64,000 nt of DNA from Phycisphaerae bacterium (GTDB lineage: Bacteria > Planctomycetota > Phycisphaerae > UBA1845): the NCBI GenBank assembly GCA_029260015.1, contig JAJDEB010000034.1, forward strand, positions 146,031 through 210,030. The letters are read 5' to 3'. The notes beneath the pieces are model-generated. The model was not told the origin of the DNA. It saw only the letters and a list, made by a program, of their open reading frames with translations, and ran no database searches. Numbering within the stretch: the stretch's first letter is position 1; the number at the start of each line of letters is the position of its first letter. Shown in pieces: positions 55,066 through 62,857 of the stretch. The position numbers and the translations under genes were made by a program.

Positions 55066-56283
55066 ATGAATAAAGAATTCAAATCATCGCAAGCGCGGAT
55101 TCACATCGTTCCGATAAGTTGCTTTGTCGTCGCTTTGACGATGGCAACGAACATCGGGTCGGCGCATTTTTTTGTGGAGCAGCGCGATCGGGTTGGCCCG
55201 TCGCCGCAGGTTTTGGGCAACGGTTGGCTTGCAGAGGTGTATTTGGATATCCCGGACGCGTCGGCGGTCGCCCTGCTGAACGCAGAGATCTTCATCGCTG
55301 ATCGCACGCCTGATTTTACTTTTCGCACGACCTATATCGATTTCCCTGCCGGCCCCAGCGACGGGAAGCTTGACACCGAATTTGCAACCATCGGAGACTT
55401 TTTCGATGATTATGTATTTGACGTTTCGGACCCTGGCAAACTCGACGAACCGTTCGGCAATTTCGTGATTCGATTTAGCGGATTGCTGAATGTCCAACTG
55501 CGCGACAGTTCGTTTGAGCAATATGGCTTGCCCCTCTTAATTGACTTTGCAACGCAGGCACACGGCGGATACCGCACGCGAATCGGAACGACATCCATCT
55601 ATCGCGTTCAGAACTCTGCGTTCGTTGGCTCGCCATTTATGACTGAAAATGCGGTGCTTCTGGGCCTTGGCTTGTTTCCCATTCAAGTCACCTACCTGCA
55701 ACAATTCGATCCGACGAACGCTTTGGGAAATGAGTTAGCCGGTGTGGAGCTTTACAGTTGGCACCCTAACGGGCTGCCCTGGCCCGCAGGCGCAGCGATG
55801 AATGATCCGCGTTTCGGCGACATGACGGTTACCAGCCCCAATGTCATTTATCAACCCGGTCAGATTCCAATGCCGACCAAGTGCGATTACAACGGCGATT
55901 CGCGGTGTGACCTTCTCGATATGCAAGTACTGCAACTTTGCTTTGGCGGCGATGGTGTTGATATCCTCGCAAATGGCGGCGACCCGTTGTGCCTAGTCTT
56001 CGACTTTGATGACGATGGCGATGTGGATGAAAGCGACGGCCAACTGTGCGCATTGACTGCCGCCGGACCGGACAAGTTTCCGTATCTCAAAGGTGATTAC
56101 ACGACGAATCTGTCGATTGATCTCGAAGACTTCCAGTGGATGCAGAATTGCTTTTCGATCGGTGGCGAAGATGAACGAGGTTCGCTGCCAACCGGCTGCG
56201 AATGGATGGATTTTGACGGTAACCAGTCGATCAATTTAATCGACTACGGTTATTTTTTAAACGCGATGTCTCAGTCGCCGTGA
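55066..56283 (+). CDS. Secreted protein with a PA14-like N-terminal domain and two tandem dockerin-like modules
   Basis: The N-terminus is hydrophobic. The PA14-like pattern is FTFRTTYIDF...FVIRFSGLLNV...GGYRTRIG. The C-terminal 133 aa form two complete paired-loop modules. Confidence 0.55.
   Translation: MNKEFKSSQARIHIVPISCFVVALTMATNIGSAHFFVEQRDRVGPSPQVLGNGWLAEVYLDIPDASAVALLNAEIFIADRTPDFTFRTTYIDFPAGPSDGKLDTEFATIGDFFDDYVFDVSDPGKLDEPFGNFVIRFSGLLNVQLRDSSFEQYGLPLLIDFATQAHGGYRTRIGTTSIYRVQNSAFVGSPFMTENAVLLGLGLFPIQVTYLQQFDPTNALGNELAGVELYSWHPNGLPWPAGAAMNDPRFGDMTVTSPNVIYQPGQIPMPTKCDYNGDSRCDLLDMQVLQLCFGGDGVDILANGGDPLCLVFDFDDDGDVDESDGQLCALTAAGPDKFPYLKGDYTTNLSIDLEDFQWMQNCFSIGGEDERGSLPTGCEWMDFDGNQSINLIDYGYFLNAMSQSP
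55882..56280 (+). other. Two tandem dockerin-like paired EF-hand/Cys modules
   Basis: CDYNGDSRCDLLDMQVLQLCFGG...CLVFDFDDDGDVDESD and DYTTNLSIDLEDFQWMQNCF...CEWMDFDGNQSINLIDYGYFLNAM. Confidence 0.6.
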
Positions 56284-56472
56284 CCGCTGCACCAGTAGAA
56301 TGCGGTTTCGTATTTATTGGACGAGGATTCAATGGGGTTGTCAGGCTCGCCGACGACCGGATACAATTCAAACACTGGCGATGTTGTCCGTGTGCCGGTT
56401 AGAGAGAATCAGCGAGAGAGTTTCCGAGAGCGTCGTATCTCGGTTGGATTCATCAAGGGGAGAGGAAAGAGA

Positions 56473-57342
56473 ATGTCCATTTCACTTAGTCGATATCGTT
56501 GTGCCATTGCTGCGGTCGGGATATCGCTCGTCAGCCTTCCGGTGGTTGATTCAACTGCCGGGCCCGTCTTTAATCCACAGCCCGTTGGTTCAAGCACGAT
56601 GTCGATCGCATACGAAACCAACGCGGGCCCGGTCGAGTTCTCCGGGTTGCGTACCCATAGTGGCACCGGCTTGAGCGATATCAGCAACCTGGGCGGTGCC
56701 CCGAATGTGGGCGCATTCAGTGCGAACAACACGCTTGGTCGCCGCCCTGCATCGGCCCAAGGCGCAGACGAAACACTCATGCGTCACGGTTTCTACAAAT
56801 ACGACAGCAGTGGACTCAATATTGCGGACGACTTCTTCCCGGACATGGCCCCCGGAAGCGACATTACCATCGCGATCAACAACATTGAGTTCGATCGGCC
56901 GGTGCAGGTCCAAACCGATACCGCGCTGTTGCACATTCTTTGGAATATTGATCAGGTGGACTCGCTTGGTTTAAACGCTCAAAACCTGCCTCGGGCTTAT
57001 CTGTATGGAAACAACCACCACACAGTGGCAGACTTTCGCGACGTTCCGGACTTTCTAAATGAGAACGTTTTCCATGATAACCCAGTCCCCAACTACAACC
57101 TCGGCGACATCGAACCGGTATTCACACAATCGCAGCCCAACACAATCAGCGTCAGTTTGACCTTTCCCTATGAAATCTTTCGGCACCTGGAAGACGATGG
57201 GCTGGGCGTCCCGAATGGACTGCCGGGACCGGCAGGCTTTCTCGAGCCCTTTCATTTGCATCTGGAATACCTTGTCGTGCCCGAACCGTCCGCCGGTATG
57301 CTGTTGGCCATCGGTGCAATCGCTCTGATCAGGCGGAAGTGA
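56473..57342 (+). CDS. PEP-CTERM sorting-domain protein (function unknown)
   Basis: The C-terminus LVVPEPSAGMLLAIGAIALIRRK gives a PEP motif, a TM helix and a basic tail. I moved the start to the ATG at 56473 (MSISLSRYRCAIAAVGISLVSLPVV), which is preceded by GGAGAGGAAAG. Confidence 0.8.
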   Translation: MSISLSRYRCAIAAVGISLVSLPVVDSTAGPVFNPQPVGSSTMSIAYETNAGPVEFSGLRTHSGTGLSDISNLGGAPNVGAFSANNTLGRRPASAQGADETLMRHGFYKYDSSGLNIADDFFPDMAPGSDITIAINNIEFDRPVQVQTDTALLHILWNIDQVDSLGLNAQNLPRAYLYGNNHHTVADFRDVPDFLNENVFHDNPVPNYNLGDIEPVFTQSQPNTISVSLTFPYEIFRHLEDDGLGVPNGLPGPAGFLEPFHLHLEYLVVPEPSAGMLLAIGAIALIRRK

Positions 57343-57421
57343 TCCGAAATTAAAACAAATAAAATACGCGCCCCTAATCATGGGTTCCCGGAAAAGGTGC
57401 CGCACTTCACTGACCTGTCTT

Positions 57422-60259
57422 TTAGGGTCCAGCGATCACCCGCACATTGTCAATGATGCCAAAGCTCAGCGCTGCATTGTCTGAAATGGATGTAAACACA
57501 TCCATGTAGCCGATCGCAATGTTACCGCCAAGCGACACTGAACTCCCGGAATTGGCATCAATGGTTGCGATTGCCAATCCATCGATCCGCCACGTTGCCG
57601 ACCCGCCGACCTCATCGACCATGACTTCAAACTGATGCCACGCAAATCCGGCGCTACCGGCGGCGGTTGTTCCAGTCTGTTGCGCATGATTCGCCGTTTG
57701 CGTTGCTGGGGCTAATTTCGGAGAAAAGAATCCGCTCAGCGTGGCGTCCGTATTATCGTTCGACGCGACTTCGTATTGCCCGCTCGCAATCGATTGCTCG
57801 GCGGCATCTTTATAAGCGCGGAAATCTCGCGATGAACCGCCTTCGCCATCGGCTGCAAACCATGCGCCGCCACCCGACACATCGCCGAGGTTCGCCGTGC
57901 CCCCGTCCGACCCAACACCACCGGTGACGAACTCCGTCGAACCCGTACCACCGGATGGGAACGGTCCATTCGCGTTGATCCACATGTCAAACGCAAGTGT
58001 ATATTGACCTGAGAACGACTGACCAACTGGAGATAAAGTGATGGCTTCGATTGCGCCAGGTGAGACCATGTTCGCTTCAAACTTTACGCCAAGGGTAGTT
58101 GAACCAACCGAGTTCGGAGCAGACGGTATTCCATCAACGCTATAGTCGTAGGCGAAAACGACCGATGTATCTGGCCCGGTGGCGTTGATGTTCCAGTTGG
58201 CTGACGAGTCCACATCGAAATCATCACTAAAGAGAATCGCCATCGAAACGCAATTAGTTATATCTGTGTCCGGACCGTTAAGACACTGCATGAACACATC
58301 GTAGTCATTCGCATCGATGTCGTCGTCGCCGTCGCGATCGAAGCATGTACACAATGGTTCATCGTACGGCCCCCCGCCGCTGCCGGTCGAGCAATGCTGT
58401 ATCAGCGCAAAATCGCGCAGGTCAACACGGGCGTCACCGTTCATATCGCCGGCTGGCTGATTGCAACCCGACATGTACGCGACCTCATCCATCGCGCCTC
58501 GGAGAATCCACGTATCGGGATCGAGCTGAACATCAACAGCGGTTTGCGGCGTATCGATGATAAACCATTGCAATTCGCGATCGTTCTTAATGACGAATGT
58601 GTCTGTGCTCGTGTCGGCGTATTCGACGACCACATCGATCGGCATTTCAAAATCTGGAAACGATGACTGGAATTGTTCAACGTGCAGCAGGACACGATTT
58701 TGATTCCCGGCGAAGTCCGCTTGCCAACCGAATCGGTAGTAAGGCGCTCCGCCTTGATAAACCCATTGGTCAAAAAACCAGTCCATCGCCCGGCCCGAAA
58801 CCGATTCAACAATAAACTGAAAGTCGGCAGTGGTTGCAGAACTGTCTTCATAAGTCTGTCGATATTCGGCGAGCACATCGTAGAAAACGTCATCACCAAG
58901 AACGTGGCGCAGCATGTGCATTACCCACGATCCCTTGTTGTATACGTTTGTACCGCTGAAAATCTGCCCCGATGTGCTTATGTCATAGCGATAAACCGTT
59001 CCGCCAAAGCTGCTGGGGCGATACGCCATCATGTGTGACAAATACGCCGCGTGACTCCCGCCCGGTTTGCGTTCGTGCCACAACGATTCGGCGTAGCGGG
59101 CAAAGCCCTCGTTCAGCCAGATGTCGTGCCAAGTCGCGCAGGTGATCGCGTCGCCCCACCACATGTGCGCGAGTTCGTGGACGGTGCGCCGCTCGGGAAA
59201 CGATCCCTGACTGGTGATCGTTTGATGTTCCATCCCGCAGCAACCTTCAAACTGGGCGATGCCGTATTTTTCTTCTAGGAACGGATACTCGCCGAAACAG
59301 TCCGGATCGCTGAACGTTTCGATCATGCTGACGACATCGACAAGCAACGGTTGAACCGTGCTGACATCTTCCGGATAAATATAGAATTCAACCGGCATCA
59401 AGCCCGAACTGTGTACATAGTATTCTGTCCAGTGCGAGTAATTAGTCGCCGCGATCGAAACCAGATAAACCGAAATCGGAAAAGTCTCAGCCCACCGATA
59501 GCGGGCGCGACTACCCGACAGCGTATCGACGCCGTCGAACCGACCATTAGACGCAACCGTCATCCAATCCGGACTCGTCACCCACATGTCCATCGTGAAT
59601 TTGTCGTCGATCGAATTCTTGCAGGGCCACCATGCCGGTGCGTTGAACGGTTGGCTATGCGTGGCGATGACGTCGACCGCGGGCGAGCCATGTGTGCCAG
59701 AATAACCCGCAGCCGCCGAAAGATGAAACGGCGCCCCACCATACTCAACACGAACAGCAAACGCATCATCCACATCAAACGATTGGCCAAGGTCGATTTC
59801 AATCTGATCATTCGCGTGGGTAAACAAGACCGGTGCACCATCAAGCCAAACACCACCGACAACCATCACGTCAAACAGGTCAAGGGTGATCGAAGTCAGA
59901 CCATCGGACTTGCTGACAATGTCCAGCGTATTCGATCCTGTCACAGAATTTGGATTGAGGCCCAGTTCGATATCAAGAAAGCAATGGACCACATCAATGT
60001 CAGCATCGCTACCGCGCAACATAGCTGCCGGCGGAAAATCCATCGCCCGCGAGGCATGCCCGCATAGATCATCCTTGCCTTCGTCATCGAGACCACATTG
60101 CTCAACTGGCTGCGGCGGTGCGGAGTCTGGACCAGCCCACGCCACCGCTCCAATCAGTAATGGCAAGATCGCAACATGTCTGAGGATCATTCCAAGATTC
60201 TCAATTCGCATCATGATTTCCGATGATCCATCCCCAAGCGCACCGACTGCAAACTTCAC
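57422..60259 (-). CDS. Secreted M1-family aminopeptidase fused to a dockerin-like module and a C-terminal LamG/concanavalin-like domain
   Basis: Motifs GMEHQ, HELAHMWWGD and WLNEGFARY (HExxH-x18-E) are present. The exact start is uncertain; MKFAVG..., MRIENLG... and MILRHVAILPLLIGAVAWA are all possible. Confidence 0.85.
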   Translation of the reverse strand: MKFAVGALGDGSSEIMMRIENLGMILRHVAILPLLIGAVAWAGPDSAPPQPVEQCGLDDEGKDDLCGHASRAMDFPPAAMLRGSDADIDVVHCFLDIELGLNPNSVTGSNTLDIVSKSDGLTSITLDLFDVMVVGGVWLDGAPVLFTHANDQIEIDLGQSFDVDDAFAVRVEYGGAPFHLSAAAGYSGTHGSPAVDVIATHSQPFNAPAWWPCKNSIDDKFTMDMWVTSPDWMTVASNGRFDGVDTLSGSRARYRWAETFPISVYLVSIAATNYSHWTEYYVHSSGLMPVEFYIYPEDVSTVQPLLVDVVSMIETFSDPDCFGEYPFLEEKYGIAQFEGCCGMEHQTITSQGSFPERRTVHELAHMWWGDAITCATWHDIWLNEGFARYAESLWHERKPGGSHAAYLSHMMAYRPSSFGGTVYRYDISTSGQIFSGTNVYNKGSWVMHMLRHVLGDDVFYDVLAEYRQTYEDSSATTADFQFIVESVSGRAMDWFFDQWVYQGGAPYYRFGWQADFAGNQNRVLLHVEQFQSSFPDFEMPIDVVVEYADTSTDTFVIKNDRELQWFIIDTPQTAVDVQLDPDTWILRGAMDEVAYMSGCNQPAGDMNGDARVDLRDFALIQHCSTGSGGGPYDEPLCTCFDRDGDDDIDANDYDVFMQCLNGPDTDITNCVSMAILFSDDFDVDSSANWNINATGPDTSVVFAYDYSVDGIPSAPNSVGSTTLGVKFEANMVSPGAIEAITLSPVGQSFSGQYTLAFDMWINANGPFPSGGTGSTEFVTGGVGSDGGTANLGDVSGGGAWFAADGEGGSSRDFRAYKDAAEQSIASGQYEVASNDNTDATLSGFFSPKLAPATQTANHAQQTGTTAAGSAGFAWHQFEVMVDEVGGSATWRIDGLAIATIDANSGSSVSLGGNIAIGYMDVFTSISDNAALSFGIIDNVRVIAGP
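58271..58447 (-). other. Dockerin-like paired EF-hand/Cys module (internal)
   Basis: DMNGDARVDLRDFALIQHCSTGSGGGPYDEPLCTCFDRDGDDDIDANDYDVFMQCLNGP. Confidence 0.65.
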
Positions 60260-60487
60260 CCCGCCAGTTTACCCGAATACGCAATACCGGCTCAACAAGC
60301 GAATTGCCAAATCATCGGTCGAGAAATCGTCCCGATAATTTGTCCCGGTTTTGTCGTAGTAACTTACGCGACTTGGGCCGCAATGGTGATGCCGTCAAGA
60401 CCCAGGACAACTGCTTGAGCCGCCAAGTCAGACCCGACCTCACTTGATGGCAGAAATTTCCACGATAGTGTACCGGAGTTAATTGCC

Positions 60488-60835
60488 ATGAGAATCGGAT
60501 TGGACATAGACGGAACCATCACCCGCGCTCCGGAATTTTTCGCTTTCTTGTCAAAGGTGTTTATGGATGCTGGCCATCACGTTGCAGTCGTGACGCATCG
60601 AATGGACCGGAAATTAACGGAAGAAGAGTTGGCCGAATACGGTGTGCAATTTCACGAACTCATTCTACCCGAAAATTTTGATCACGAGATCGCCGAGTGG
60701 AAGATCGAAGCATTTGAAAAAATCAAGCCGGATATCGTTTTCGAGGACATGGTGGATGTCGTCAACGGATTGCCCAATTCAGTCGTGTCATTCGTTCCGT
60801 TGTCGCACAAACTCGGCCAACTTGAATACAAGTAG
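60488..60835 (+). CDS. Small HAD-superfamily-like protein
   Basis: The 115-aa protein has N-terminal motif I, MRIGLDIDGTIT. I did not recognise any other family signature. Confidence 0.45.
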   Translation: MRIGLDIDGTITRAPEFFAFLSKVFMDAGHHVAVVTHRMDRKLTEEELAEYGVQFHELILPENFDHEIAEWKIEAFEKIKPDIVFEDMVDVVNGLPNSVVSFVPLSHKLGQLEYK

Positions 60836-60883
60836 CGATCAATTCAGTTGCAACGCTTTACCCAATTTGTCACAGAGAAACCT

Positions 60884-62818
60884 ATGAATACCGCATCGAA
60901 CTTAGAGAACCTCGACGATGACAGTAGGTCCGAGCCTTTGGCAGTACCGAGGTCCGGTCGATTCTCGCCGTTTCGACTCATTGATTGGACGTCTCGGTGG
61001 TTGGTTGAACGACGGATGTCATGGATAGCTGCTGCGATCGGCGTCGTTCTCACCCTACCCGGATTGTGGCTCGGATGGCAGACTGACGACCATTTGCATC
61101 GGGCGACCTTGACTGATGAGTTCCCAGTGATGGCGGATGCACGTCGGCCGTTTTGGGACATGTTCGCGTTCGTTAAGGAAGGGACGCTTGAAGATGGTGC
61201 GGTCATCGATCGCGGCGAGTTGCCCTGGTGGACTCCGCCGAATTATAAGATCGCGTTCTTTCGACCGGTCGCTGGCATCACGCACTGGATTGATTACAAG
61301 CTTTGGCCGCAATCACCTTGGATCATGCACGCTCAATCCATCGGGTGGTACGGGCTGACGGTTTTCGTTGCCGCCCTATTGTTTCGCAGGCTTTCAATCA
61401 CGCCGATCGCCGCAGGACTCGCCGCCCTCATCTATGCAATAAGCGATGGACACGGCCTGCCCGCAGTCTGGTTGGCTAATCGCAATGCAACGGTGGCTGC
61501 TTGCTTCGGAATTTGCTCGATACTGGCGTACGACTGGTGGCGACGTGGCGGATCGAGGGCGGGCGCGGTACTTGCTCCCTTGGCCCTTTTGGCGGCGGTC
61601 CTAGCCAACGAAGGCGCGGTGGCAGCCGGTGCGTACTTGCTGGCATATGCTATATTCATTGACCCGGACCGAACGTGGAAACGATTTGGCGCACTGCTGC
61701 CCTGTGTTGTGATTGGCGTGGCTTGGTGGTTGGCGTATCGTGCAAACGGTTATGGCGTTGTTGGCTCGGGCGTTTACGTCGACCCGGCGAATGACCCGCT
61801 GGGATTTGTTAGTGCATTCATTCGACGCGCTCCAATCCTAATCTTTGGACTCTTTTGCGTACCGCCGTCCGACTTGCACATCATGCTTTCCGAAGCGGCA
61901 TATCGCATTTTCTGGATCGCAGGCCTTTGCCTGATTGTCTTCGGTGCAACGCAACTTGCACCACATCTCAAGTCGAATAAAACTTTACGCTTTGGGTTAA
62001 TGGGTATGTTGCTCTCAATCCTGCCACCCTGCGCCACTTTTGCTTCGGATCGATTGCTTATGTTTGCAGGGCTTGGGGCCGCTATTATCATCGGGCAACT
62101 CATCGCGTCGGCTTTGAATTCAACGGTCGCAAAGTCAGCAACTCAAACGTCCAGGATTGTTGGCGGCGGGCTGATTGTAATCCACTTGATCTTTGCACCG
62201 ATTGGTTTGTTGATGGCTGCCCACAATGTCCGCAACTTTGGGGAAACGTCAAACGTGGCTGGCTTGAGTCTGCCGCACGACGAGAAGGTCAAAGATCAAC
62301 GCATGATGGCCGTCAGCGCACCATCCGGTTTCTTGTTTGCCTTCGCCAAGATATATGCAGCCACCCAACATCGAACCGTATCGAATAAGACCTTGTCGCT
62401 GGGTTCCGGTGTGTTCGAGGTCCAAGTTGAACGTCCGGACGAGCAAACGTTACTCATCAAGCAAGCAGGTGGTTGGCTGGCCCATCCCGGATGCTCACCG
62501 GCAGATGATTTCGCATGGTTCGGCGGCCACTACTTGTTTCAAACATTCGATGTTTTATTCCGCGACAGCCAACCGTTTGAAGTCGGCCAACGCATCGAGT
62601 TATCTGATTGCACGATTGAACTCGTTGAACTCACCCCGGACGCGCGACCCGCAAGAGTCCGGTTTGAATTCAAGAAACGACTAGAGGATGAATCCTATCG
62701 TTGGGTCTATTGGAAGGTTGACCGTTTCGCTGAATTCGATCTGCCTGCCGTCGGCGGATCAGTCACGTTACCCGCACCCCGGCCACCGATTGGATCGATG
62801 AATGGAAGCGACGGGTAA
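60884..62818 (+). CDS. Polytopic membrane protein, GT-C (PMT/TMTC/DUF1736-like) candidate
   Basis: There are about 12 hydrophobic segments. The first loop carries FFRPVAGITHWIDYKLW, reminiscent of the FRP...H motif of PMT_2/TMTC-type GT-C enzymes, and a soluble C-terminal domain follows. I chose the ATG at 60884 over the TTG at 60848. Confidence 0.45.
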   Translation: MNTASNLENLDDDSRSEPLAVPRSGRFSPFRLIDWTSRWLVERRMSWIAAAIGVVLTLPGLWLGWQTDDHLHRATLTDEFPVMADARRPFWDMFAFVKEGTLEDGAVIDRGELPWWTPPNYKIAFFRPVAGITHWIDYKLWPQSPWIMHAQSIGWYGLTVFVAALLFRRLSITPIAAGLAALIYAISDGHGLPAVWLANRNATVAACFGICSILAYDWWRRGGSRAGAVLAPLALLAAVLANEGAVAAGAYLLAYAIFIDPDRTWKRFGALLPCVVIGVAWWLAYRANGYGVVGSGVYVDPANDPLGFVSAFIRRAPILIFGLFCVPPSDLHIMLSEAAYRIFWIAGLCLIVFGATQLAPHLKSNKTLRFGLMGMLLSILPPCATFASDRLLMFAGLGAAIIIGQLIASALNSTVAKSATQTSRIVGGGLIVIHLIFAPIGLLMAAHNVRNFGETSNVAGLSLPHDEKVKDQRMMAVSAPSGFLFAFAKIYAATQHRTVSNKTLSLGSGVFEVQVERPDEQTLLIKQAGGWLAHPGCSPADDFAWFGGHYLFQTFDVLFRDSQPFEVGQRIELSDCTIELVELTPDARPARVRFEFKKRLEDESYRWVYWKVDRFAEFDLPAVGGSVTLPAPRPPIGSMNGSDG

Positions 62819-62857
62819 CGTGACCGTTTGCCCTGAGTAAATTGAATAGGACTGAAG

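Noticed and set aside
59351-60067. A 238-aa plus-strand ORF inside the M1 aminopeptidase gene
   Set aside because: It is a codon-aligned antisense artefact (both phases are 2 mod 3). The translation is Arg-rich low-information sequence. The sense strand carries GMEHQ / HELAH / WLNEG.
47153-60259. Interpreting the dockerin-like modules as evidence for a cellulosome
   Set aside because: There is no cohesin or scaffoldin candidate and no cellulase or hemicellulase cargo. The carriers are peptidases, propellers and an alpha-glucosidase. The modules contain conserved Cys pairs and are sometimes internal. I kept this only as an unknown-partner tag hypothesis.
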